DNA of 63,372 nt, counting the filler, from Octopus bimaculoides (Eukaryota): the NCBI RefSeq assembly GCF_001194135.2. It is 10 parts of 9 records of this genome, joined end to end, with 100 filler letters (N's around TTAATTAATTAA, not from the genome) between each part and the next. Parts side by side here need not be neighbours in the genome. Positions count along the whole stretch, not along the records: positions 1 to 3,437 come from NW_026433666.1; positions 3,538 to 13,299 come from NC_068997.1; 8 more parts are not named here. One strand, given 5' to 3'. Positions 1-12,717 of this stretch are shown here, in pieces. Position numbers and translations under genes: made by a program. Each line of letters opens with the position of its first letter. Position 1 is the first letter of the stretch. The notes below the pieces were generated by a model. It saw only the letters and a list, made by a program, of their open reading frames with translations. It was not told the DNA's origin and did no database searches.

Positions 1-177
1 ATAATTATCACTGGAAAATACCCACACGGATTCTATACATGGATATTTAATTTTTGAATGGAACTATACTCCAAGTACTTTTTCTTCTTTGTTTTTTCTT
101 CTCTGCATCGCTCTCATTTCTTACTGCAAATCTCCTCATACAGATTTAATAATCCTTATCCTCTACTATTACCGTCT

Positions 178-222
178 CCGATGAAGGGATACGTTGAATT
201 TTCCCTGAAACAGCTGTATAAC
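178..222 (+). ncRNA. Degenerate type I hammerhead ribozyme motif (5' of PLE)
   Basis: CCGATGA (U4C variant of CUGANGA), stem II AGGGA/TCCCT (185-189/202-206), GAAA, perfect palindrome ACAGCTGT, GUA triplet. Stem I does not pair. Confidence 0.55.
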
Positions 223-474
223 ATTCTACATAAAATGTAAATTTATTTATGCCATTGGTCTCTTTATCTTTTTTTTTTTATATATATACACACGCTAATT
301 CACGACCCATGTTATATTCCCCATTCATGTTGCAACCACATCTGGGGCAAAACTAGTCGGTATACAGCACTTACTCGGTATTACCTGTATCATTCGGGTC
401 TGGTTGACTCCATTACCCTTCATAACCTTTATTATTTGCTATTATTAACACTTATAACAGGTAACACTTCAATA

Positions 475-3025
475 ATGGATAAAGAATTCCTTGGCTTCTC
501 CCTTAAAGACACTCCTATTCCTTCACAAAAAGCTTTCACTATACTCCTTCTTGCTAAAACTAAGGACCTCATCCGAAGAATGAGATGGAATGCTTTCTTC
601 CACGACAACCAAAAATATAAGAATGACATAAGCAAAAACAATTTCAACCTCACATCATATAAGAATCCTCCACACACCCCCACATCTCGAAAAATTCGAA
701 GCGGATATGATCGATCTAATCAGAAATATTAAATTCTCAAAATACAAATCCCCCTTTCAAAGAAGACTATCGCATACCATAAAACGGATTATTACATCCC
801 CTAAATTACACGTATTTTCAGATAAAACAGGAAATATGTATCCCATTACCATAGAGGAATACAATAAATTCATTAGGAACGAGCTCAACAAATCCTACAA
901 GCTAGCATCAACATCTGCTTTAAATGATATCAACACCATCCACTGCAAACTCATGAGGAAACTACACGTGGACGACAGAACAGAACCATATTGCCCAGCA
1001 CCTCCACACTTCAACCTCAAAGATCACAAGAAGGATTTAATCACCAAAGCTTCAATACGCCTAATATGCCCTACCGAATCCGACCTCGGAAGGGTTAGCA
1101 AAAACATTCTGGACAAAATTATACCTGTTGTCAAAGAAAAATTAAATGCAAATCTACGGTACCATACCGGGGAGGTCATTACATGGTTTCACACCTTAGA
1201 TAACAAAAACTCATTTTCATTCCTTCAATTCGACATAAATAACGACTACTCCTGTATCTCTCCTAAACTTTTAAATAAGGCTATTCTTTTCGCTAGGAAC
1301 TTTACTAACATAACCCTACTAGAAATCAACATAATACTTAAAGCACGCAAAACACTTATATCCTTTGAAACAAACTCTCGTGCCGAGCTAACCAACATAA
1401 TAGTAACTGTAACAACTTATTCGATGTAACAATGGGATCATCCGATTCCGCTCAGGTCACTGACTTAGTTGGGTTATATATACTTCACCAACTGCACTCA
1501 CATTTCCCTAAAATCCGAGGGGGTCTGTATAGGGACAACGCCTTACTACTTACCAAGGCCATTAATAAATCTTCTCTGGAAAGGACTAGAAAATATCTAC
1601 ACAAATTCTTCTCTAATCTAAATCTATCCATCACATTTGAAAACGCATATAAAACTGCTAACTTTCTAGATGTTACTCTAAACTTATCAAACTCACAATA
1701 CTCCCCCTATCATAAACCTAACCAATACCTGAAATACCTCAACGTACACTCCAATCACCACAAGTCTACTTTCGATAACATAGTCAAGGGTATTTCAACC
1801 CACATNNNNNNNNNNNNNNNNNNNNNNNNNNNNNNNNNNNNNNNNNNNNNNNNNNNNNNNNNNNNNNNNNNNNNNNNNNNNNNNNNNNNNNNNNNNNNNN
1901 NNNNNNNNNNNNNNNNNNNNNNNNNNNNNNNNNNNNNNNNNNNNNNNNNNNNNNNNNNNNNNNNNNNNNNNNNNNNNNNNNNNNNNNNNNNNNNNNNNNN
2001 NNNNNNNNNNNNNNNNNNNNNNNNNNNNNNNNNNNNNNNNNNNNNNNNNNNNNNNNNNNNNNNNNNNNNNNNNNNNNNNNNNNNNNNNNNNNNNNNNNNN
2101 NNNNNNNNNNNNNNNNNNNNNNNNNNNNNNNNNNNNNNNNNNNNNNNNNNNNNNNNNNNNNNNNNNNNNNNNNNNNNNNNNNNNNNNNNNNNNNNNNNNN
2201 NNNNNNNNNNNNNNNNNNNNNNNNNNNNNNNNNNATAGCAACTTATAAACTCTCACTCTATTATCAAAACTCACACAATTATAACTATGGTAATACTAGT
2301 ACTCAGCGCACACATATACCCAACATAGACATTCACACACGTACATCTAGCACGGATACTCGTACACTTGAACACGACCATAATATATCCCAGCCCACTA
2401 GTATACTATATCTTCTAATAATAGCAATAGAGGTAATAATAACTATAACAGTAACGACTGCATTGATCTAGATTCCTCTACATCCTCACATAACCTATCC
2501 TCCGACAATATCACCTCATCCACCACAGAACACAACCCCCAAGCTTCATCTACTTGTAACTGTTGCTCCGGGACAATCTGCCCGCTACAAACACATTGTG
2601 TAAGATACAACGTAATATGCAAATGCACTGTCACTAATCTGCTACATAACTCTACAGCTACATACATAGGTTCAACTAAAAATTTCAAGCAACGTTATGC
2701 AGCTCACCTTCACTCTTTTAGATATGACAAGCACAGCAAATCTACAACACTAGCCAACCACATTCGCCACCTCAAAAACACAAATATCCAGTATACATTA
2801 ACACGGTCCATTCTGGACTCAGGAATTCCATACCAAGGCCAGCGCTTTAATTGCAAACTTTGCTTGAAGGAGGCGTTCCATATTTTAAAATACAATTCCC
2901 CCACACTACTTAATAGGTATAATGAAGCACTTAGCACCTGTAATCACTGTTTCTTCCATACGTTCAAATCCTATCACAGACACAAATGCATAAATGACCA
3001 CACAACGTACTCCCACGATTATTAG
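475..3025 (+). pseudogene. PLE polyprotein (reverse transcriptase + GIY-YIG endonuclease), disrupted
   Basis: N-terminal KDTPIPSQKAF...LIRRMRWNAFF; RT motifs FLQFDINNDY, MGSSDSAQVTDLVGLYIL, GLYRDN (YRDD-like), NFLDVTLNL, PYHKPN, YLNVHSNH. After the gap, frame 2555-3025 reads CNCCSGTICPLQTHC..NVICKCTV..TYIGSTKNFKQRYAAH..SF..CKLCLKE..LLNR. Frameshift near 720, stop at 1427-1429, N gap at 1806-2235. Confidence 0.9.
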
Positions 3026-3559
3026 TTAGCTATTAGGTTCCCCTACTACCATCCTTCAAATAAGTTTCAGCTCTATTTATAGATTAACTCTACTACCTTT
3101 CTCTCTTATTATACATTTTTCCTTTTTATTACTATTTTTCGAATAGATATATTCTTAATAATTCTCCAATATCCACAAAATGACTTTCTAAAATGAACTT
3201 CCATTATGCAGCTGAGGCTGTTCTGTTGATATCAATTTACCAGTTTATTCTTCAACTAAGAGGAAAATAAAACAATATACAAACACATATGACATAGTGT
3301 GTCATATCTGTAATTAAAATTAAAAAGGACATCTAGTGACCGAAGAAGGGACAATGTCTTACAGTTGTTACAGCCTAGAGGTGACACACCTCATTCTATC
3401 TATATAACTCCAGTAAGCTGGAGTAATTGATAGATGANNNNNNNNNNNNNNNNNNNNNNNNNNNNNNNNNNNNNNNNNNNNTTAATTAATTAANNNNNNN
3501 NNNNNNNNNNNNNNNNNNNNNNNNNNNNNNNNNNNNNAATAATAATAATAATAATAATA

Positions 3560-3703
3560 ATCCCTCCCACTATATGCTCAGGGCCTGGAATTTGTGGGAC
3601 GGGAACTAGTCGATTACATCGACCCCAGTGTTTCACTGGTACTTGCTTTATCGACCCCGAAAGGATGAAAGGCAAAGTCGACCTCGGCGGAATTTGAACT
3701 CAG
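3560..3703 (-). mobile_element. tRNA-derived SINE family B, 5'-truncated, flanked by (AAT)n
   Basis: Shares GAGTTCAAATTCCGCCGAGGTCGACTTTGCCTTTCATCCTTTCGGGGTCGATAAA with more than 10 other copies in the window. Confidence 0.85.
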
Positions 3704-4237
3704 TAATAATAATAATAGTAGTAACTGATTTTTTATTTACCATAAAGGTAGAGACAAAAGGCGGACAAACAAAGGGGTCGGGGGATCGAATGAGACCCCA
3801 CCGTTTTATTACTACTACTACTACTACTACTACTACTACAACAATCAAGATGATATATATACCATAATGGTTTCTGTTATACCTCCCCTCATGTCTTAAG
3901 GACTTTTATATTAATGAAGAGAAATAAATGGAAAAAGAATCCACAGGCGTGTCTCTAAATGAGAGATTATTATAAATAGCACACCTTGATTGCAGGTAAG
4001 AACATGAAGAAAGTTTAGATGGAACTTGTCACGAATGGGCTTCGAAGACCACAACATCTGATTTTATAGCAGTTAGGGATCGTATAATTAGCAAAGACCA
4101 GAAATAAAACCAGTCAAGACGTGGAGACCATACTTAACATGCAATTAAATAAGCACATTTATTATTTACAGTCTGTAAGCAAAGAAAGACACAAATATTG
4201 AAAATATCCTTCTGGCCTGTTATTTTTAGTCGCAATA

Positions 4238-4383
4238 AGACGGCGAGCTGGCAGAGTCGTTTACGCGCCGGACAAAATGCTTAGAGCCATTCCTTCCGGC
4301 TTTACATTCTGAGTTCAACTTTGCCTTCCAGCCTTTAGGACTCGATAAATAAGTACCCATCCTTCAAAGTTGCTAGCCTTGTG
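4238..4383 (+). mobile_element. SINE family B, internally deleted
   Basis: GGCGAGCTGGCAGAGTCGTT head, TTCTGAGTTCAA, TCGATAAATAAGTACC. Confidence 0.75.
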
Positions 4384-5169
4384 TCTGTCTCAAACGAGGG
4401 AAGAAACGGCGTCGTGGCTGGCTTTCATCGTTCTCCAATGGGTTTGTATCTCTGCGAGTTCATTTGGTGTTGCAGATTCGAAAGCTTTTGGAACGTATAA
4501 GCACAAACAATTTCGTTAAATTCTCGTTTCAGAGAGAAAAAAAAAAATGTTTTCTTTCATTAAATTCTCTCGAAAAAAAATTTTAATTGTTTCTTTCCAA
4601 TGAATTATTTTTATTCTTTAAAAAAAAAAAAAGATATTCAAGGTTCCGTAATATCTTCATTTTCGTATCGTCTTTCATTTTAAAAACATTCGAACAAAAT
4701 TCGTATTTTCGTATCTCATTTCATTCAATTCTTCTTTAAGCCTTCAAGGTTCCGTCGTCTTTTCATTTTCTTACTGTCTTCGTATTGTCCATCGACACAC
4801 AAGTAAACAACGATACATTGGAGTTGCTATGACAATAAATAGTCTCAACTCCCATTATGCAGTCAATCGAATAACTCGATTGGCTAAAATTACATAACTT
4901 TAATGGCTTGTAACTTTTTTTTTATCATTAATTATTTCTAGAAGAAACAAAACAACACAAAACATACAAATGAGTGCGATTTTCGTCATCAGCAAATAAA
5001 AGTGCATTAGTGTTGAGAATTGGAAAACGATCAGGTGAAAATGTGATATTCTTTAAGTGGCTGGAAGAAATTTAACAAAGTCGCTATCCTGTAGTTTTTA
5101 GTTAGGTTTGATGCACCTCGAAATACCTATCGAATGCGTCTTTACATTTTAAGATGATATGGTGCATTT

Positions 5170-5915
5170 TGAGGAGTATTTAATTGCTATCTCTTGCAAA
5201 AGTATCTGCATCCGTTTTAATATGGTTTATCATTTGCGCGTTTATAGGAACAGAAACGATTACAGCAACAGTCGCAAGACATGTCAGACTCTCCCCAGAC
5301 TCCCGCGACCAGGCTGCTTTGCCCAAACGGTTTGGGGATCTAGATCTGCGCAGGTGCTCGTCTTTATCTCTTTATCTCTTCCCTGTTTTCTTTCATCCAT
5401 CCACGCTTGTTCCCCTTTGGTAGGCAACATCCTATCCTCTCCAACATGGACTAATTCCAACAGGGAGATGGATGAAGCTCTATCACAGTAGAGAGAGCTG
5501 GATTTGTCAGTTCCGGTTACAGTGAAGAATAGACGGAAACAGAAAGTATGGGACAAACCAGCGTTCAGGTGTCACTTCCAATTTTCTCCTTGATCAATCT
5601 GATCAATTTTCAAGGTGTCGCCTACTTTCAACTAGAGCAAAATTCTCAGGGAACTGGAGTGATGCCCTGTCTGTGGCCAACATTGGAGGTCTACTCACTC
5701 TAAATGATAGTGAATTATCTCTTGCAGCCGTGGCATTTGAGACGTTCGGAGAGACTGGGCCGCCAACCGCGAAGTTCTTGTCAATGTCGGCAGCTCGCCT
5801 CACTGAGGTGTCAGGTGATGCCCGTGAGGGTGCTTGCCTTTCCTAACGCCTTAGCCTCGCCTCGCCATCGCCCGTGGTAGTGCCTCGAGCGTGCTGGCTT
5901 GCTTCAATAAGTTCC
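5170..5915 (+). mobile_element. CRE-clade (restriction-like endonuclease) non-LTR retrotransposon, 3' fragment with internal deletion
   Basis: Fragments translate to RDQAALPKRFGDLDLRR (Q-x-x-LP-x-R-x-GGLGLR-like), RKQKVWDKP, SGNWSDAL, AVAFETFGETGP..LTEVSGDAREGACL*RLSLA..IARGSASSVL, which matches the CRE/Cnl1-type C-terminus. Confidence 0.75.
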
Positions 5916-6579
5916 GTTAAACCTTGTGTGCGAATAGTTGGTGTGATAAAAAGAAATTCCTCACAAATGGTTTCAATTCCGTGTTATTTGTACACATTCA
6001 AAAAACATACACACACACACACACAGTGTACTGTTCCGTGATAGTGAGATCAATAAAAAAGTACTCCATCTGGTGAGAGATAGATATTATTTAATAAACA
6101 CAATATATGGTTCTATGTGCTCCTATTAGCACATAGTTTCCTGTGCTGAGAACATGCCAAACACTGTTTCACACACACACACACACACACATTGATAAGT
6201 GTCTAGATAGATGGTTTGAGAGAAAGAGAGAGCTGTTGTTGTTGTCATTGACTACCTATAAAAGACGAACGTTCGTTTTCTACATCAGTCCTGAGGACGA
6301 AGAACCAAGGCGGACTATTTGTTCGGCCTCCCCTCCTCCACTCTCTAAAAGAAAAGGATCCTTACAACTCACTTGAATTTTTACAGGGCTTCCTATTCCG
6401 TCCCCGTTGTCCCGAAACCAGGCTTATTAGATAGATATTCCATTGTATTTGTATTTATTTATGAAGGTCAAAGAGTGCACATATGCGGTGGGGTTTCTTT
6501 AAGTCGCCGACATAATTAAAAAACAACCCCACAGATCTTTTTCGTTTCCCCCAACAGATCCGATGTATTTGAATACATA

Positions 6580-6626
6580 CAGGCGCAGGCGTGACTTTGG
6601 GGCAAGAAGTTTGCTTCCCCGTCGTT

Positions 6627-6662
<36 letters not shown>

Positions 6663-6995
6663 TGTCTTTGTGTCTGTGTTTGACTCCCACCACTGCTTGA
6701 CAACCGGTTTTAGTGTGTTTACGTCCCCGTAACTTAGAGGTTCGGCAAAAGGGGGCCGATAGAATAAGTACGAGGCTTAAAAAAAAAGTACTGCAGTCGA
6801 TTTGTTCGACTAAAATTCTTCAAGCTGACTGATAGTGCCGCCTGACTGGCCCCGTGCCAGTGGCACACGTTAAAAGCATCCACTACATTCTCGGAGTGGT
6901 TGGCCTTAGGAAGGACATCCAGCTGTAGAAACACTGCCAGATCAGATTGGAGCCTGGTGCAGTCTCCCGGCTTGCCAGTCCTCAGTCAAACCGGA
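6580..6995 (+). mobile_element. Composite SINE: family C head, (TG)n, family C 3' module, RTE-like tail
   Basis: AGGCGCAGG head with deletion, (TG)n, GTTTACGTCCCCGTAACTTAG module, then GAAGGACATCCAGCTGTAGAAAC tail. Confidence 0.7.
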
Positions 6996-7375
6996 TGGCA
7001 CCGTATATTGTTTTAGCAACAGTGGCATATCACGTAAGCATAAGAAAGTTATGCCTTGATAACATTTTTAGACAGATGCAGATCACGTGTGATGTCTTTT
7101 ATACAGAAATATGACATAATCGACATTTTTGGTTGTGCTTTGGGACTCCGAATGTTTCACTGTCTCTTTCGTTTATTACGTATTTAGATGCAATTTCCAA
7201 TGTGTGTATAACCTGTTCACCACAGTTATATGCAATAATCAAACTTACTTTGGTGTGTGTGTGTGTGTGTTTGCTGATTTGCTGTGCATTTCAATTTTTG
7301 TGTATGAGGAAGCCCAGCAAACCTCAACAGCCCCAGGTCCTCTCAAGTAAGTGTTAGGGTATTAAAGACCCTAAA

Positions 7376-7556
7376 CCAGTCCTATAATGTGTGCCTCCTC
7401 CCTCCAGTTCTACAATATATTCTCCTTCTCATAGCCCCTCAATGTGCGCCTTGTTTTCCTGAGGTCAGTTCTTTCAGCCCTACAATTGGGCTTCTTAGTT
7501 CTTCCAGCCCTAGAATGTGTACTCCTTTCCTCAGCTCTACATTGTGCACTCTCTAT
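7376..7556 (+). repeat. Degenerate ~27-30 bp minisatellite, about 6 units
   Basis: Recurring CAGCCCTACAATGTGTACTCC-like units at about 7376, 7403, 7430, 7474, 7504, 7531. Confidence 0.6.
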
Positions 7557-8641
7557 ATCAATTTTTTTCACCCCAAATTCCTCCAGCCATCATCTTCCTA
7601 ACATCAACTGAAAAATGCAGTCGTAAAAAGTATAATTTACATCACGCAAGAAACCTATAATATTATTATATCATTATTACCATACATAGACCATATGATT
7701 GTGTTTACTTGTAAAATTTTAGATGTTTCTCACCAAATCATGTGACAACACAACTCTCTTATCTTCACTGCCCTACGCCACTTCCGTCCTCCACCCTACA
7801 CTCTCCGGCGGGGGTGGGGCTCCTCTTGCTATCTTCCGGGCGTGACCTCCTCTACTCACACTATTGTTGAAATTAATTTTTTTAAAAATTGAATCAAGAA
7901 AATGTTGTTCGGAATTTATGCGGTGCGGCCAGATTTTTGCGCCCTAGGCACTCGCCTAGTTTGCCGAGTGTGGGGGGCCGCCCCTGTCCCCGGTGTGCAT
8001 ATAGAGTATGCAGAAATATGAGATAACATGTAGAATTTAAGTTCAATTGAACTGAAGTCCACGTGTATTTCATTAAGAAAAAAATGGTGACTTGTTCAAT
8101 GGAACCGAGTGTTATATTTCCGTTGATATATTTAGGAAAGCAGTGGGTGTCGGTGTGCCGACAGATCGCGATGATACCAAGCCAGGAATCTGGACCAGCA
8201 ACGAAGCGAAATCTGCTAAAGGTAGCTTCGAGCTAAGATATTAAAATTCCGGATGGCGTATAAAGGTTTGCATCTGTTCAAGGTGAAATATCTTCTCGTT
8301 TTGAAATGGAAACACATTTTTTGTGAGCAATAAACGTTTGTTTTGCTTAAAGAACAAAAGAATGCCGATACTGTGGTCTGTTTCTTTGTTGAGATCCAAT
8401 GAAAAGTTGTGATCTTCTGCAATGTCTCGCAAAAACTCATGACGTCACAAATAGAGACGATGACGGGAGCCCGTCTTCATCGTTATCTCAAACTTTCCAC
8501 AGAAAGCTGAAACAGGGGAATTTAATGCCAGTTTTCGGAACCAGTTTAACAACACACTGTTAAAACGAGTAGAAAAAGTCTATGAAAAATTAAAATTAAA
8601 AAAGACAAACCTAAACTAATTATAGTTATATATAATTTTGA

Positions 8642-9205
8642 TTGTACCAATCTCTTCAATGTTTAACATTTCGGAATCGTGTTATAATTATGCAGAAATC
8701 TGTGAAAGCTCAGACAAAATTATTAAAAAATAAAATAATTAGTAACATAAGATATAATCATATTACACATGGCCAAAGTCTTAGAGGTAATCCCCGGCTA
8801 CTTTCTGCAAAAGTTCATCCAGCAGAGAAGAAGCAGAGAATTCTTCGTTCGGTAACTTACGTGAAGACTCAACGTGACAAACGTACAAATAAAGTTAGTT
8901 TGGGCGAACGTATGAGACAGATCGAACTCCTCGAGAGGAGTTTGAGTCGAACATTGCGTCAGTTAAACGAGGGATTAAGCGACCTGACAAACACAAACAA
9001 AAAAATCCAAAGAGACTTGAAGAAATATATTCAAAAAAAGGAATTCGAATCTTTAAACAACTTAACCAACCGTGTTGAATTTTTGACCAAAGACTGCGAG
9101 GCCGTATCAAAGGATTTGTCAAGATTAGTTCGCCAAGGTGACGATATCATTCAATTTGGTTTTACTCTCATAGAAACGTTATTTTTCTCTGCAATGAGGG
9201 GTTAC
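8642..9205 (+). CDS. Unassigned ~185-codon ORF with coiled-coil-like C-terminal half, cut off by a SINE
   Basis: Long stop-free frame in AT-rich DNA; heptad-like RQIELLERSLSRTLRQLNEGLSDLTNTNKKIQRDL. The last ~30 codons of the ORF-track entry are SINE sequence. Confidence 0.35.
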
Positions 9206-9208
9206 AGT

Positions 9209-9431
9209 GGAGGCGCAATGGCCCAGTGGTTAGGGCAGCGGACTCGCGGTCATAGGATCGCGGTTTCGATTCCCAGACCGGGCGTTGTGAGTGTTTATTG
9301 AGGGAAAACACCTAAAGCTCCACGAGCCCTCCGACAGGGGATGGTGGCGAACCCTGCTGTACTCTTTCACCACAACTTTCTCTCACTCTTACTTCCTGTT
9401 TCTGTTGTGCCTGTAATTCAAAGGGTCAGCC
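9209..9431 (+). mobile_element. tRNA-derived SINE family A (runs into gap)
   Basis: A box TGGCCCAGTGG, B box GGTTTCGATTCC; matches the complete copy at 23658-24045. Confidence 0.9.
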
Positions 9432-11065
9432 NNNNNNNNNNNNNNNNNNNNNNNNNNNNNNNNNNNNNNNNNNNNNNNNNNNNNNNNNNNNNNNNNNNNN
9501 NNNNNNNNNNNNNNNNNNNNNNNNNNNNNNNNNNNNNNNNNNNNNNNNNNNNNNNNNNNNNNNNNNNNNNNNNNNNNNNNNNNNNNNNNNNNNNNNNNNN
9601 NNNNNNNNNNNNNNNNNNNNNNNNNNNNNNNNNNNNNNNNNNNNNNNNNNNNNNNNNNNNNNNNNNNNNNNNNNNNNNNNNNNNNNNNNNNNNNNNNNNN
9701 NNNNNNNNNNNNNNNNNNNNNNNNNNNNNNNNNNNNNNNNNNNNNNNNNNNNNNNNNNNNNNNNNNNNNNNNNNNNNNNNNNNNNNNNNNNNNNNNNNNN
9801 NNNNNNNNNNNNNNNNNNNNNNNNNNNNNNNNNNNNNNNNNNNNNNNNNNNNNNNNNNNNNNNNNNNNNNNNNNNNNNNNNNNNNNNNNNNNNNNNNNNN
9901 NNNNNNNNNNNNNNNNNNNNNNNNNNNNNNNNNNNNNNNNNNNNNNNNNNNNNNNNNNNNNNNNNNNNNNNNNNNNNNNNNNNNNNNNNNNNNNNNNNNN
10001 NNNNNNNNNNNNNNNNNNNNNNNNNNNNNNNNNNNNNNNNNNNNNNNNNNNNNNNNNNNNNNNNNNNNNNNNNNNNNNNNNNNNNNNNNNNNNNNNNNNN
10101 NNNNNNNNNNNNNNNNNNNNNNNNNNNNNNNNNNNNNNNNNNNNNNNNNNNNNNNNNNNNNNNNNNNNNNNNNNNNNNNNNCCCCCCCCCCTCATACTTC
10201 ACCTCCTACGTTCAGGGGTTCATTCATTTTTTTTTTTTTGTATTGTTGTTTTACTGTTTGCCTTTTGTGCTTGTGATTTGCGGTGTAGGCTGTTGTGTCC
10301 TGTTGCGTGTTGCTGTGGGTTGTTGTGAGTCGTGAGGTGTTGTTGTGGGTTGTGGTGTGTTTGTAGGTTGCCGTGTGAGGCAGTGGTTGTAGTCAGGAGT
10401 GCATTCCCTTCAATGACTTAGTCGAAACAAGTCAGCCCCCAATACTAATTTGGTACCGATCTGGGATTTATGGTGGATGTAAACAAAGCAAAACAAGTTC
10501 ACATGTGGTGTAAATGCACACACACGAAGTGTGCGTTTGGCAGGCTTCCAAACAGTTTCCATATACCAAATTACTCTGAAGGCATTGGTTAGCTCAAGTC
10601 CGTAGTAGTTGGTTGTTGTTTTTACATAGGTATGGTTTGAGGGAGATTTGGCTGCTATTTCTACATGGTTGGGTGTATGATTTGTGAGAGAACTGACTGC
10701 TACAGAATGTGGTGTGATTTGAGGGAGAATTGACTGCTATTTCTAGCAGATTGAGTGACTACGTAATGGTACTCTTTTACTTGTTTCAGTCATTTGACTG
10801 TGNNNNNNNNNNNNNNNNNNNNNNNNNNNNNNNNNNNNNNNNNNNNNNNNNNNNNNNNNNNNNNNNNNNNNNNNNNNNNNNNNNNNNNNNNNNNNNNNNN
10901 NNNNNNNNNNNNNNNNNNNNNNNNNNNNNNNNNNNNNNNNNNNNNNNNNNNNNNNNNNNNNNNNNNNNNNNNNNNNNNNNNNNNNNNNNNNNNNNNNNNN
11001 NNNNNNNNNNNNNNNNNNNNNNNNNNNNNNNNNNNNNNNNNNNNNNNNNNNNNTACACACACATA

Positions 11066-11233
11066 TATACGATGGGCTTCTTTCAATTTCCGTCTACCAA
11101 ATCCACTCACAAGGCTTTGGTTGGCCCGAGGCTACAGTAGAAGACACTTGCCCAAGGTGCCACGTAGTGGGATTGAACCCGGAACCATGTGGTTGGTAAG
11201 CAAGCTACTTATCACATAGCCACTCCTACGCCT
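11066..11233 (-). mobile_element. tRNA-derived SINE family C, 5' module
   Basis: Minus strand AGGCGTAGGAGTGGCT..GGTTCCGGGTTCAATCCC..GGGCAAGTGTCTTCTAC..GAAAGAAGCCC. Confidence 0.85.
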
Positions 11234-12717
11234 TGTCCCTCTTCGTTAATGTGGGATTGTAATTGTGTCCAGAAAATTTGCCACAGACATTTTTGTTGTG
11301 GGAAATTTCATCATAAAGGAGGCACACAATCAAACTGTAAATAAGATAACTCATTTGAAATAAATTACCTTTCTCTAATTGGTAGGTTAATTGATGAAGT
11401 TACCATTTTAAGAAAACACCTAATCTTTTTTTTCTGTAATTTATAGATATTTTTTTATGGCAAATTTTCTTAAATTTAAAATTCTGTAAGATCTGATCAA
11501 GATAGCATTTGGTAGGATTGAACCTGGAATCTTATAGTTCTGAAGAGAACATTTTAACCAGTCAACCATGCTGTCTTTTTTTTTTTATTTTCTTTTGTCT
11601 TATCGGACTCTGGCCATGCTGGGGCACTACTTCAATGGGGTTAGTCAAACAAATTGACTCCAGTTCTTAAGCTTTAAGTCTGCCTCATATCCTCTGTGTA
11701 TCTCTTGCTGAACTACCAAGTTACAGGGCTGTAAACAAACCAACACTAGTTGCCAAATGGTGGTAGGACACACACACACACACACACACAGAAGCCCCCT
11801 CTACACACACAGAGAAGCCTCTACACACACGTATGCACAGAAGGCTACCACACAATTTCTATCTACCAAATTCACTTGCAAGGCATTAGTCCACACAGCC
11901 ATGTCTGCTCCTGCATGTCTATAAACTTGTACATAGAAAACTTCACACACACACACACACAAAGGGCACACACACTTTTATATTAGAAGCACAGTCATTC
12001 ATATGCATACACCCACTTATACATGCACACCCATGCATGCTTCTCTTTCTCTCTTTTACACACACACACACACACATCATGAAGTTGTTTGTAACCTCAA
12101 TAAAGTTACGTTAATTTGTTAGTGTGGCACCAGTTAGAGCTGTTTAAAACCAACATTTAAATGCTCGGAATAACCTCAAACACTCAAGTGGTTACCCAAA
12201 CACAACACACACACACACATACACACACACACTGAAGTTAACGTTGACTCGGGACACACACACACATATCTAATCACATGCATATATCATTTCCATTCTG
12301 AACATTAACGATGTTAGTGAAAGGGGACAAGTTTAAACATGTTTCTTTTTTGCTGTTGAGAATAAATAAATAAATTGTCCAGCTGTTTTTATTTGTTAAG
12401 CTGATTGAGTTGGTTAATTAGATCTGAATGAACGAACCAAATCACTGACAAAGATAATAAAACTCCAATATGAAGTTCCGAGAATAAAATGAAATTTGCG
12501 TGCTGTGGGGAGGGGCTAGGGCATGAGGTTTGGGGAAGGGCCCCACCTGCTTTGAATGAAAGTGACCCAGTGAAGTGAAGTTTATATGGTTATTTGGGCT
12601 TGATAGAAATAATAGCCCAATCTTCCTTAAGTCACACTCTATTGTCTTTTAAAAAAAATTAAGGAAATATAGGATAAAATATTCCTTGGTCCTCTCACTA
12701 TGTCTGTAAAATAAGGA

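Larger units (their letters stand above)
178..3375 (+). mobile_element. Penelope-like retroelement (PLE), near-complete, decayed, with hammerhead-like relics at both ends
   Basis: Contains PLE RT motifs and a C-terminal GIY-YIG endonuclease (next feature). Degenerate hammerhead motifs at 178-218 and 3336-3371 bracket the ORF. Confidence 0.9.

Noticed and set aside
4400-5150. Possible DNA-transposon end with short direct repeats (TTCAAGGTTCCGT at ~4637 and ~4743)
   Set aside because: No partner terminus or TSD identified.
6262-6292. Minus-strand CTGATGT..GAACGTTCGTC
   Set aside because: Core mutated and stem II absent; too degenerate to call.
12506-12540. G-quadruplex-like G-runs; also GC-box CCACGCCCC near 60590
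   Set aside because: Short motifs expected by chance; no supporting context.
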